Origin: a bacterium
Lineage (GTDB): Bacteria; Zhuqueibacterota; Zhuqueibacteria; Residuimicrobiales; Krinioviventaceae
Direction: 5' to 3'
Length of the DNA stretch: 64,000 nt
NCBI GenBank assembly: GCA_963675755.2
Contig: CAXXMD010000003.1
Location: 2,784,001 to 2,848,000, forward strand
Under the pieces are notes generated by a model. The model made no database searches. It saw only the letters and a program-made list of their open reading frames with translations, and was not told the DNA's origin. Within the stretch, counting starts at the first letter, position 1. Each line of letters begins with the position of its first letter. Made by a program: the position numbers and the translations under genes. Positions 29,231 to 38,743 of this stretch are shown in pieces.

Positions 29231-30620
29231 AATGCACCAGGGTCATTTTCCTGATTTGAGATTGATTGCCAGAAACCAGTTTGTAGAAATATACTCCTGA
29301 TGGAACACGGTTGCCGCTGGCATCTGCGCTGTTCCAGGGGATTGTATATATACCGGCTGTTTGCTGTTTGTCAACCAGGGTAATGATCTCTCTTCCCAAA
29401 ATATCATAAATAGTTAGTTTTGTATGCGCATCTTTTTCTACCCGGTATTGAATAGTGGTTTGGGGATTAAAGGGGTTGGGATAGTTATAAAGTTGAAGCG
29501 AATTAGTAGACATTTGCACATTTTTAGAAAAAATAAATTCAAGAAACATAAAATTATCAATACTCCAGGATGCCGGTTCACCGGTATCAAAGCTTTGACG
29601 CCACCAGAAACGGAACTGTACGGAATCTGATTTTCCCAGCATGTATGTGATGTCAATGAATTCTATCTTGTTATGATTAATGTTATTCTCGCTGCATGCA
29701 ATTTCTTTAATATAACGTTTTACCGGCAGCCAGTTATCTCCATTGTCAACAGTTAACTCTACACAGGCATAAAAAGGACAGTCATGGCTCTGGGTGCCGG
29801 TTATTTTTGAAGTGAATACCAAAGCAAATTCGTTATAGCGATGCTTTTGATATTCAGTGATGTCAAAAACAGGGCTATATAGTATCTCATTCTGGTATTG
29901 TTGTGGTCTAGGAGAAGGATTTGTATTTTCAGGTACTTTTGACCATTGCTTGTTATTAATCATTGCTTTTATTTCACCGGTTTGCTGATTTTTGTCAAGA
30001 TGCCAGGAATTGATAAAATCCTGTTGTTCTGTGTCAGTGCTGTCAAAAGCTGTCCAACCATTGGCGCTCCAATCGGTGTAATAACTGCCAAGTGGTGTGT
30101 TGACCGGAAAACCGGTGAATGTGGTATCTTGAAATGTTTCCAAATAAATAAAATTGTCTTTTCTCGGGTATACAAATATAGAAGTGTCAACACAATCATT
30201 AGCAGGATTTTCATCGCCATTATATAAGGTTTTCACAGATATGTTATATGTAGTCAAATAATTATATACAGTAAAACTAAATATAAACACCCCGCTTGAA
30301 TCACCAGATAATAAGGGTGGAGATTGATCATTTTTGATATATAATGTATCTGTTTGTCCATTTCTGGAAGGAACAGTAATGCATAGCGTGAGTGGAACTG
30401 GACCGAGAGAGTATGTTCCATTATTTTTTATTCTACATGATATGGTTAATTCATTATATTGATACACCATTTGACCCGGTTCAAGACCCAGATCGAGAGA
30501 AACAGGCATAGCATCTATTTCATACTCTAAAACAGAATCAGGCTGAGTTATACCCGTACTTGCAAGTAATGACAACGCAGACATAAACAGGAAAAAAAAC
30601 AGGCAATTGAAAACTTTCAT
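29229..30620 (-). CDS. Secreted protein with CARDB-like and jelly-roll domains and a T9SS/FlgD CTD
   Basis: Signal peptide from 30620; 'IKNNG...DENPAND'; 'FRF...WSIDNF'; NYPNPFNP CTD. Confidence 0.8.
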   Translation of the reverse strand: MKVFNCLFFFLFMSALSLLASTGITQPDSVLEYEIDAMPVSLDLGLEPGQMVYQYNELTISCRIKNNGTYSLGPVPLTLCITVPSRNGQTDTLYIKNDQSPPLLSGDSSGVFIFSFTVYNYLTTYNISVKTLYNGDENPANDCVDTSIFVYPRKDNFIYLETFQDTTFTGFPVNTPLGSYYTDWSANGWTAFDSTDTEQQDFINSWHLDKNQQTGEIKAMINNKQWSKVPENTNPSPRPQQYQNEILYSPVFDITEYQKHRYNEFALVFTSKITGTQSHDCPFYACVELTVDNGDNWLPVKRYIKEIACSENNINHNKIEFIDITYMLGKSDSVQFRFWWRQSFDTGEPASWSIDNFMFLEFIFSKNVQMSTNSLQLYNYPNPFNPQTTIQYRVEKDAHTKLTIYDILGREIITLVDKQQTAGIYTIPWNSADASGNRVPSGVYFYKLVSGNQSQIRKMTLVH

Positions 30621-30762
30621 GGAATGTCCCCACAGAATGATTGGTGATTTGTTGAAATAAAATATATGAAAAATAAAAGTGTGGTTCAAGAAGGAAAAAA
30701 GAATCGGGCCCCCCGTCTCAACCCTTACCCCTAAAGGTGTCTTACAAGCCCGATGCTGTAAG

Positions 30763-30809
30763 AGTATACAAATGTAATTCAAAAATATCAATACTCCCTA
30801 GGGAGTATT
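30763..30809 (-). promoter_or_regulatory. sigma70 promoter with an adjacent 20-bp perfect palindrome (LuxR/NarL-type operator)
   Basis: TTGATA-17-TATACT (30791-30763); AATACTCCCTAGGGAGTATT at 30790-30809. Confidence 0.65.
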
Positions 30810-30811
30810 TT

Positions 30812-31516
30812 TTAAATTAAATCAAACGCCTGGGCATATTGTATAATATCAACCAATCGGGTAATATCCAGTTTTTTCATTATGTTTTGACGGTGTGTTT
30901 TTACAGTCAATTTGGAGATATAGAGCCTGTCTGAAATATCGTGGCTGGTATAGCCCAATGCGATCAGTTTTAAAATCTCTTTTTCACGTTTGGTCAATTG
31001 GCTGAATTGTTGAAAATGTTTTTGTACAAAAACCTCTTCTTCTATTACCCGGGCAATTTTTTTGCTCAAATGCCCAAATGAAGAAATAGGGTTGGTAATG
31101 GAGAGAATTAGACCGTCAGATTTTCTGATTTTTGATGTGCTGAAATACCATTCATAAGAAGACTTTGAATCACGGCGAAAGCCTTGAAAAAAACTAAAGA
31201 CATCGCTGGGGTCATTTCTCTGCAGGAAGGACTGTAAATGGGGGATAACGATTTCCGTGGAACCGGGATGAACATATCGGGCCTGGAAATCCAATCCCAG
31301 ATCTTGAATGTCTTTGACTGTCAATTCAAAATGGTTTGCCATTGTATTGTTGGCATTCACAATGGAAATATCTGTATATGAATTGAGATGAATGAATCCC
31401 GGAATGAAATCCATAGACTCGTCCATGGTCAGTTTTTTCTGATTGATCTGTTTGTCCAGACAGAAAATCTGAGCTTTGATCCTTTCAATGGTTTCCATTT
31501 CCCCAATAGATGCCAT
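30812..31516 (-). CDS. LuxR-family HTH regulator with a PAS-like N-terminal domain
   Basis: 'LTKREKEILKLIALGYTSHDISDRLYISKLTVKTHRQNIMKKL'. Confidence 0.9.
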   Translation of the reverse strand: MASIGEMETIERIKAQIFCLDKQINQKKLTMDESMDFIPGFIHLNSYTDISIVNANNTMANHFELTVKDIQDLGLDFQARYVHPGSTEIVIPHLQSFLQRNDPSDVFSFFQGFRRDSKSSYEWYFSTSKIRKSDGLILSITNPISSFGHLSKKIARVIEEEVFVQKHFQQFSQLTKREKEILKLIALGYTSHDISDRLYISKLTVKTHRQNIMKKLDITRLVDIIQYAQAFDLI

Positions 31517-31589
31517 AATTGCCCCAATTATGTTTAATATGAATGGTTATTCAATAAATTAACATGTATCCGCAAAAAATCAAGTTAAA

Positions 31590-32939
31590 TTAATGTTTAT
31601 TGATTCCCCATTTTTTCATTTTTTTATGGAGATTGGTTCTGTCTATGCCCAGTGAATTTGCCGTGTTGCCAATATTCCAGTTGTGGGCAGTGAGAGAGTC
31701 CATTAGAAATTCTTTTTCAAACGCGTTCATGGCTTCCCGAAAACGTATGGGGCGGTTGTCGGACTCGGCATACTCTCCGGACAAAATGCCGCAAATGTCT
31801 TTACCGGTAATTTCTTTATTGTTGGAAAAAATCAATACCCGGTTGATTGCTGCCTGTAGTTCACGCACATTACCCGGCCAGTCATGCTGCATCATACATT
31901 GCAGTGCGTCGGGATTAAAGCCGTCGAACTGCCTGTTGTTTTGCTGGCTAAAGGCTTCTGAAAAGTGATATGCCAGATCGGGAATGTCTTCTCTGCGATC
32001 CCGGAGGGGGGGCATGGTAATTTCTACATCCGCAAGCCTGTAAAATAAATCGTCCCTGAACTGGTTATCTTTGATCAGTTCTTTAATGTTTTTGTTGGAT
32101 GCAGATATAAACCGAACGTCAACCTGGCGCACGGTTGTATCTCCCAGAGCTTCAACTTCCTGTTCTTGTATGGCGCGAAGGATTTTGGCCTGAGACGCAT
32201 AACTCATATCTCCAATCTCGTCAAGAAACAGGGTGCCGCCATCGGCCTGAACGATTTTACCTTCTTTATCCCGCACTGCTCCGGTAAAGGCGCCTTTTTT
32301 ATAACCAAAGAGCTCACTTTCCAGCAGCGTTTCGGGTATTGCCGCACAATTGATTTTGATAAATGGACCGGATGCCCGATTGCTTTGCATGTGTAATGCA
32401 CGAGCCGCAAATTCTTTGCCGGTACCGGTTTCTCCTTTAATAAAGACTGTGCAGTTGATAGGTGCAACCTTGTCGATTTGATTGTAGATATGCTGCATTG
32501 GAATGCTTGAACCTACCATTTTATAGCGCTCTAGAATGTCTTGAGAAAACCATTGGTTTTTCAATTCCAGATCGCGCTTTTCAAGTGCGTGCTCAACGGT
32601 TATTAATAACCTGTCCAGACTTATGGGCTTTTCTATAAAATCATATGCACCAATTTGTGTAGCCTTGACCGCGCGTTCTATACTGGCATGCCCGGTGATA
32701 ATAACCATAGGCAGCAATGGATAATGCTCTACACCAAACTCGAGTACCTGCATTCCATTAATACCCGGCATTTCAATGTCGAGCAGAGCAAGGTCTGTAG
32801 GCTGTTCCTTGATCAAAGAGATTGCTTTTTTACCATCTGGCGCCCAGGTTACGTGATGGCCTTCACCTTCAAGGGTTTCAATGAGTTGTTTTGCAAAAGA
32901 GGGATCATCTTCTGCTACAAGTATATTGTGTGTTTGCAT
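31590..32939 (-). CDS. NtrC-family sigma54 response regulator
   Basis: REC domain (EDD, LLDIEMP, KP); GETGTGKE; GAFTGA; WPGNVREL; Fis HTH. Confidence 0.95.
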   Translation of the reverse strand: MQTHNILVAEDDPSFAKQLIETLEGEGHHVTWAPDGKKAISLIKEQPTDLALLDIEMPGINGMQVLEFGVEHYPLLPMVIITGHASIERAVKATQIGAYDFIEKPISLDRLLITVEHALEKRDLELKNQWFSQDILERYKMVGSSIPMQHIYNQIDKVAPINCTVFIKGETGTGKEFAARALHMQSNRASGPFIKINCAAIPETLLESELFGYKKGAFTGAVRDKEGKIVQADGGTLFLDEIGDMSYASQAKILRAIQEQEVEALGDTTVRQVDVRFISASNKNIKELIKDNQFRDDLFYRLADVEITMPPLRDRREDIPDLAYHFSEAFSQQNNRQFDGFNPDALQCMMQHDWPGNVRELQAAINRVLIFSNNKEITGKDICGILSGEYAESDNRPIRFREAMNAFEKEFLMDSLTAHNWNIGNTANSLGIDRTNLHKKMKKWGINKH

Positions 32940-32940
32940 G

Positions 32941-35475
32941 CTAGTCACCATTTGTTTGTACAGGAAGATAAATGCTGGTGGTTGTACCAATTTCTTCCTT
33001 GCTGTTAATTTTTAAAGTGCCTCCATGATGTTCAAAAACACTTTTACTGATTGTTAACCCCATACCGGAGCCATGTTCACAAGTGGTATACCCCGGTTTA
33101 AAAATGTTCTTCAAGTTTTCCGCAGAGATACCCCGACCATTGTCTATGATTTGCAGCAATATCATATCTTTACCACCAAATTCATTTAACGGATGGCTGA
33201 CCAGGGTTAATGTGATTAATATGTTCCCTGAGCTCTGCATTGCATTGATGCTATTGTCAAGGATGTTATAAAATGCTTCTTTGAACTGATCCTCATCCAG
33301 CTTGATCTGAACCGGTATTTCATCCAGCTCTGTTTTTACATGAACAGTTTCAGGGATGCGTAATTCATATTCTTTGAGAAAACGAACAAGAGCGGGTTTA
33401 AACGCCATAATCTGAAAGAGAGGTTCTTCCAGTTTGGCAAATTTCATAAATGAATTGATATTCTTGCGTACTCTTTCAATCTCTTCAATTGCCGCATGTG
33501 TCAAAACATCGTACTTTTCAGCGTTTTGAGTGTCTGATTTGTGATATTCACGCTCTAGTCTTTGTATGGCCAGCAATATTGTTGCAAGTGGAGTTTTGAT
33601 TTTGTGGGCCACACGTTGTGCCATGGCTCCCCAAAGCTTGATACGTTCAGCCTGGTTGTCGTTTTTTAGATCAATTACAAGAATTTGGGTATAATGTTTT
33701 TGTTTTATGGAAATGAATTGCATCTCTAACGCATACTGGTTCGAGTTGTCATGGGTATTGATGGTTTCTTCAGGAGCATATTGTATATAATTGTTTTGAA
33801 TGTAATCATCATAATGCTGCAGCACCGTAATAAATTCAGTATGCGATAGTAATTGATATATGGTTTTGCCTGCTGTATTTGCATCGGGTGTACCTGCAAA
33901 AGTCAGAAATGTTTTGTTTACAAATAATACCTGAGAATTGGATGATAACAACAGACAACCTATGCGATCAGATGAGTATAATTTGTTAAACAGGGAAACG
34001 AGATGAAGAGGCTGCTTGAAATAGAGCAGGCTGAACAAAACTGTTATAATAATTATTGATATCAATACGGGAAACAAGGGGAGGGTATGGGTACTTTTGG
34101 GGAATACATCCTGAACATTGATAACGAGATGCAAAAATTTGTCACCTGACATGACTGCATAATGCCGTTGTTGATTATTGGACTGGTTCAAAACCTGTAA
34201 CGCATTTTTCAAGTGAAGGGCCGAGATGTTTATCCATGCCAGGGGGGTGAGTGTATGGTCTGTTATCCAGATTTTGTCTGGTTTCTCTGTCCGTATTAGG
34301 TATTCTCTGTATCCATCACCATTTATGTCATCGCTGCCGATAATGCATGGTTTTGCCTCAATTTCTACAATCTTTTTGATTGCAAGCTTGTACAATTCAA
34401 GATCATATTCAACCAATACCATATGACTTGAATTATTGGAAATGATGGTTGGAGTGGTTTGAGCCGGGTTATCGTCTATTGTTAACGATTCCTAAAATAT
34501 ACCATCATTTTTTATTATGATACTGTCTAAAAGGGTTTTTGTTTTGCCATCTATTAGATATAAACCGGATTGTCGGGTTTCAATATCCATGGTGTTATAG
34601 ACTGAAAAAACAATGTCTTTTATATGGTCCTGGTTAAAATCTGCAACTGCGCTGAGGATATAGGATTTATAGCCGCTGAATGCCCATTTGTTTAATACTT
34701 TACCCCGGGCATTTAAAATGGCCAGGTACGTACTGTCACGATCAAATAGACCGAATTTTTCTCCGTACTCTGAGGCAGAGAGGCTTACAAGGAGTTCCGA
34801 TTCTCCATCATTTTCAAGATCAGTAATATTTAAAAAATGTACCAGTGGTGCAAATTCCAGATGGAGCAGCTCTTTTTGTGTTAATACATCATAACCTACA
34901 ATTGCACGTGGAGTTGCATCCGCGTTTGTGCGAAACATGGTGATAAAGTCTTTACGTTGATCATTATTTAGATCTACCCAGGAAGTGTTGGCGAATTGGG
35001 GACCACCATTCCAGATATTGTCCCCTGTTATATCGATTCCTCGAACAGTTTTACAAGTTGCTGCCAGCTGAAAATGATGATCATAAAAGTCGAAATAACC
35101 ATACTGTTCGTCAGTGCGATAAGCTGCAAAGCTATACCATGGATGGTTGTTGAAAAAGTTGATATAGGATTTTTGATTTTCGGTTTGAATGTTGATATTT
35201 GGCCCATAGTAAGTGTAACCCAGGGACATTACTTCTTTTACCACCCAAAAGCTGGGAAAACTTCCATCGTGCCTCAGGTAGCCTATTTCATCTTTGCCAT
35301 CCCGATCATAATCTGCGACCTGGAAGTTATGGACGGTATTGATAGTGTCTTCAATAAAAGTATAAGTCCCAATTTGTGGGACTGATAGATTTTGCCAGTT
35401 TAACGAGTCAGCCGGATTTGAGTATAGAGTAGTGGCAAATAAAAAGACAATGCTTGATATTTTAATGATTTTCAA
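32941..35475 (-). pseudogene. FG-GAP-repeat/PAS sensor histidine kinase interrupted by one in-frame TAG at 34494-34492
   Basis: ORFs 34492..35475 and 32941..34422 are in the same frame with 23 sense codons between them; FG-GAP DxDxDG repeats on both sides of the stop; TM; H-box 'AHKIKTPL'; HATPase. Confidence 0.8.
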
Positions 35476-35506
35476 TATTCAAATTTTCCAACATACGTAT
35501 CTAATT

Positions 35507-35543
35507 AACAAAACGGCAATGACTCCACTCAATCATTGCCGTT
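35507..35543 (-). terminator. Intrinsic terminator
   Basis: AACGGCAATGA-10 nt loop-TCATTGCCGTT followed by TTGTT. Confidence 0.75.
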
Positions 35544-35594
35544 GATTAATAAGCACATTTCAGTGCGCTTACCCCCCATCCCTTTCCTTACCCT
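35507..35594 (-). ncRNA. Candidate sigma54-dependent small RNA (~90 nt); may instead encode a 16-aa peptide (35529..35579)
   Basis: Lies between a sigma54 promoter and an 11-bp terminator stem (35512-35543); G-rich 5' half. Confidence 0.5.
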
Positions 35595-35604
35595 GCTTGG
35601 TGAT

Positions 35605-35620
35605 TACAAATGTTATGCCA
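35605..35620 (-). promoter_or_regulatory. Putative sigma54 promoter
   Basis: TGGCATAACATTTGTA (GG-N10-GT). Confidence 0.65.
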
Positions 35621-35694
35621 GGTATGGATGAATCCAACTCTATTGTTTTTTATAGACTTGGAGGTGTTATTTTATTTGATGGATGAAGGAAAAG

Positions 35695-35739
35695 TGCAAT
35701 GTTTGCAATATATTGATGGAGAATGATGCAAATTTTGCA
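35695..35739. promoter_or_regulatory. Paired enhancer (UAS) palindromes
   Basis: TGCA-ATGTT-TGCA (35695-35707) and TGCA-AATTT-TGCA (35727-35739), 32 bp apart. Confidence 0.6.
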
Positions 35740-35803
35740 ACATTTATAATATAAGAGATATCTGTTAATGTGCAAATTTTTTATTTATTCAAACGGATTT
35801 AAC

Positions 35804-35832
35804 TTGACAATGAATAAATTATTTATTATAAT
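35804..35832 (+). promoter_or_regulatory. Consensus sigma70 promoter of the MerR operon
   Basis: TTGACA-17-TATAAT. Confidence 0.8.
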
Positions 35833-35868
35833 CGTATGCGTTCACTGATAATTATTTTTACTCAAAAG

Positions 35869-35884
35869 TATACGTAAAGGTATA
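35869..35884. promoter_or_regulatory. Imperfect palindrome, candidate MerR (LiuR-like) operator
   Basis: TATACGTAAAGGTATA overlapping the RBS. Confidence 0.5.
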
Positions 35885-35886
35885 GT

Positions 35887-36609
35887 ATGGAGCCAAAGGC
35901 ATATCTATTGAAAGAATTTATAGAAATTACCGGGGCGGAACAGGATGATCTGGAGCTTTGGGAAAAATTAAAATTAATTAAACCTATTGGGTTTACTGAA
36001 GACAAGGTAGCATTTTACTCACACGAAACCTTGAAGCAGGTCAAAGATATTCAAAAACTCCTGGATTTAGGCTATCAACCGGAAGATATTCAAAAGATCA
36101 TAAAAAAAATCGGATTACCCAATAAGGATAAAAAGCCAAATAACAAGCTAAAAAAAGACCAGTTTTTGACGGTAGGGCAGCTGGCTGAAAAAGTGGATGT
36201 AAGTCCGCGCACTTTGAAGCATTGGGAAGATAAGGGTATTCTTATCGCAGATATGCGAAGTGAAGGCGGCTTTCGCATGTATGCGGAATATTATGTCTAT
36301 ATCTGTAAATTGATATTGGATTTGCAATTGTTTGGGTATTCTCTGGACGAGATCAAGACCATATCCGATCATTTCAGGGATTTTATTGTCATCCAGGAAG
36401 AGATTACAACCTTTCCGAAAAGTGATACTGCAGAGAGGTTGGACGTGATGGATGATGCCATAGCGCGCTTGTTGGATAAAACAGGTTTACTGAAACAGGG
36501 TATTCAGCGCTGGGAAGATTTATTAAAGAAAAAGAAAAAAGAATTATCTGCTTTAAAAAACCAAAATTTGAAACGAGAGGAACCGAACGAGGGGACAGAC
36601 AATGCCTAA
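35887..36609 (+). CDS. MerR-family regulator with two tandem MerR HTH domains
   Basis: 'YLLKEF...LWEKLKLIKP...LLDLGYQPEDI' and 'LTVGQLA...RTLKHWEDKGIL...GFRMY...FGYSLDEI'; C-terminal coiled coil. Confidence 0.88.
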   Translation: MEPKAYLLKEFIEITGAEQDDLELWEKLKLIKPIGFTEDKVAFYSHETLKQVKDIQKLLDLGYQPEDIQKIIKKIGLPNKDKKPNNKLKKDQFLTVGQLAEKVDVSPRTLKHWEDKGILIADMRSEGGFRMYAEYYVYICKLILDLQLFGYSLDEIKTISDHFRDFIVIQEEITTFPKSDTAERLDVMDDAIARLLDKTGLLKQGIQRWEDLLKKKKKELSALKNQNLKREEPNEGTDNA

Positions 36610-38056
36610 AATTACCTTTATTGAACCCAAGGCACCCAATTTACACATTTTTTCAATGTTCAAGCTGCCCAGGCTTGGCAGTTTAATTTTGGGGACTATG
36701 ATGAAAGACAGAGGTTGGCAGGTTGATATTATTGTAGAAGAAAAGCGGGATATTGATTTCGAGGTATTAAGAGATTCAGAACTGGTAGCCATTTCTACCA
36801 TTACATCTACAGCGCCTCGGGCATATGCTATTGCAGACCGGGTACGCGATGATGGCGGCACTGTTTTGATGGGTGGACCGCATGTTACTTTTTTAACCGA
36901 TGAAGCCCTTGATCATGCTGATTTTGTAATTCGGGGTGAGGGAGAGCAAGCCCTGATGGAGTTTGTAGATGCATGGGAAGGTAATATGGATTTTTCACAG
37001 GTTTCCAACTTGTCATATCATTCACCATATGGAACTGCGCACAATCCACTCGCTTGTCATGTGGCAGATTTGGATGCAATCCCTTTTGCGGATTTATCTT
37101 TGATTAAAAACCAGATGAACCGGGTGGCGGGGAAAATGATTATCCCTATGCAATTATCGCGCGGCTGTCCGTTTGATTGTTCATTCTGTTCAGTAACCGG
37201 AATGTTTGGAAAGAAATACCGCTATCGTTCAAATGAATCTATTCTGGACCAGTTGGCCAGGTATGACAGTCGTAAAAATTTTATATTTTTCTATGATGAT
37301 AATTTTGCGGCGAATCCCAAACGTACCAAAGAATTGCTGCGGGGCATGATCTCTCGTGGATTCAAATTCAAATGGTCTACCCAGGTACGCGTAGATATTG
37401 CCAGAGACCTGGACCTTGTTCGATTGATGAAACAAGCCGGCTGTCATACCCTGTTTATAGGATTTGAATCTGTAAATCCAGACAGTTTGGAAGAGATGAA
37501 GAAAAAGCAGACAGTTCATGATATGTTAAAAGCAGTCAAAGTTTTACGCAAGCAAAAGATCAATGTACATGGAATGTTTGTATATGGATTTGATAATGAT
37601 ACGGTAAAAAGCGCCCGTGAAACTGTAAAATTTGCAAAGCAGGCAAAACTTATGTCCGCTCAGTTTTTAATTCTAACTCCGTTGCCAGGCTCAGACTTTT
37701 ACAAAACATTGGATGATGAAAAACGGATATTGTTCAAAGACTGGTCGCTTTATGACGCACACCATGCGGTTTTTAAACCTAAAAATATGACTCTGTCTGA
37801 ATTGCAGCAATTGCAAATTTACAGTCATCGCGCATTTTATTCACCCTTGCAAACGTTGTTTAAATTTTTACATGCCAAATGGGAAGATGTTGGTTTGGCG
37901 CATTATGCACGTCGTTTAAATATCTTGTGGCAAAAACGGAATTTGAAATTTGTTAAAGTAATTGATCTGCTGACACCAAATGCTGATGCAGATATTAAAG
38001 TGGAATATAAAACGATAATACGACTTGATAAAAAGAAAACGATTTTTAATACCTAA
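36602..38056 (+). CDS. B12-binding radical SAM enzyme (class B / BchE-like)
   Basis: 'LMGGPHVT', RGCPFDCSFC, 'YDDNF', 'IGFES', 'LTPLPGS'. Confidence 0.92.
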   Translation: MPKITFIEPKAPNLHIFSMFKLPRLGSLILGTMMKDRGWQVDIIVEEKRDIDFEVLRDSELVAISTITSTAPRAYAIADRVRDDGGTVLMGGPHVTFLTDEALDHADFVIRGEGEQALMEFVDAWEGNMDFSQVSNLSYHSPYGTAHNPLACHVADLDAIPFADLSLIKNQMNRVAGKMIIPMQLSRGCPFDCSFCSVTGMFGKKYRYRSNESILDQLARYDSRKNFIFFYDDNFAANPKRTKELLRGMISRGFKFKWSTQVRVDIARDLDLVRLMKQAGCHTLFIGFESVNPDSLEEMKKKQTVHDMLKAVKVLRKQKINVHGMFVYGFDNDTVKSARETVKFAKQAKLMSAQFLILTPLPGSDFYKTLDDEKRILFKDWSLYDAHHAVFKPKNMTLSELQQLQIYSHRAFYSPLQTLFKFLHAKWEDVGLAHYARRLNILWQKRNLKFVKVIDLLTPNADADIKVEYKTIIRLDKKKTIFNT

Positions 38057-38066
38057 GGAGATGATT

Positions 38067-38717
38067 ATGGCAAAACCTGTTCGAGAATTATATATTGGCT
38101 TGACACATGTTGTGGGTGCGGCATTGTCTATTGCTGGTTTGGTCTTACTTGTAGTCCGCGCTAGTCTGCAAGGAACGGCCTGGCATGTTGTATCTTTTGC
38201 AATATTTGGTACCGGTCTGGTACTGCTCTATACATTCAGTTCATTGTATCACTGGTTAAATTTATCAGAAAAGGGTATAAAGTTCTGGCGGATTATGGAC
38301 CATGTTATGATCTATTTTTTAATAGCCGCAACTTATACCCCAATTTGCCTTGTTCCGTTACGTGGCGGTTGGGGATGGAGTCTGTTCGGTATTGTGTGGG
38401 GGTTGGCTATTGTTGGAATCCTTTTTTCCATTTTCTGGATACATGCACCACGTAAATTTTATACGGCTTTATATATTCTGTTAGGCTGGATGGTTGTTAT
38501 TGGTTTGGTGCCTTTGAATAAAGCGATGCCTGTGGGTGGTATGCTGTGGCTTTTTGCTGGTGGTTTGTTGTATAGTATTGGTGGTGTGATCTATGGATAC
38601 AAAAAGCCAAATCCTTTTCCTGTCAAGTTTGGCTTTCATGGGATATTTCATATATTTGTGCTATTGGGCAGCATGGCCCATTTTATTGTTATTTATGAAT
38701 ATATAATACGATTATAA
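38067..38717 (+). CDS. Hemolysin III / PAQR family membrane protein (TrhA/YqfA-like)
   Basis: 7 TM; 'SSLYH', 'DHVMIYFLIAATYTP', 'FHGIFHIFV...H'. Confidence 0.92.
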   Translation: MAKPVRELYIGLTHVVGAALSIAGLVLLVVRASLQGTAWHVVSFAIFGTGLVLLYTFSSLYHWLNLSEKGIKFWRIMDHVMIYFLIAATYTPICLVPLRGGWGWSLFGIVWGLAIVGILFSIFWIHAPRKFYTALYILLGWMVVIGLVPLNKAMPVGGMLWLFAGGLLYSIGGVIYGYKKPNPFPVKFGFHGIFHIFVLLGSMAHFIVIYEYIIRL

Positions 38718-38743
38718 GCAACTCTGGGGGAGTTGCTTTTTTT
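38716..38743 (+). terminator. Intrinsic terminator
   Basis: AAGCAACTC/GAGTTGCTT plus T-run. Confidence 0.8.

Noticed and set aside
34492-34494. Genome-wide amber recoding or pyrrolysine use
   Set aside because: gltD, the DUF4070 rSAM, the PorV-like gene and others end normally at TAG; no pyl genes in the window
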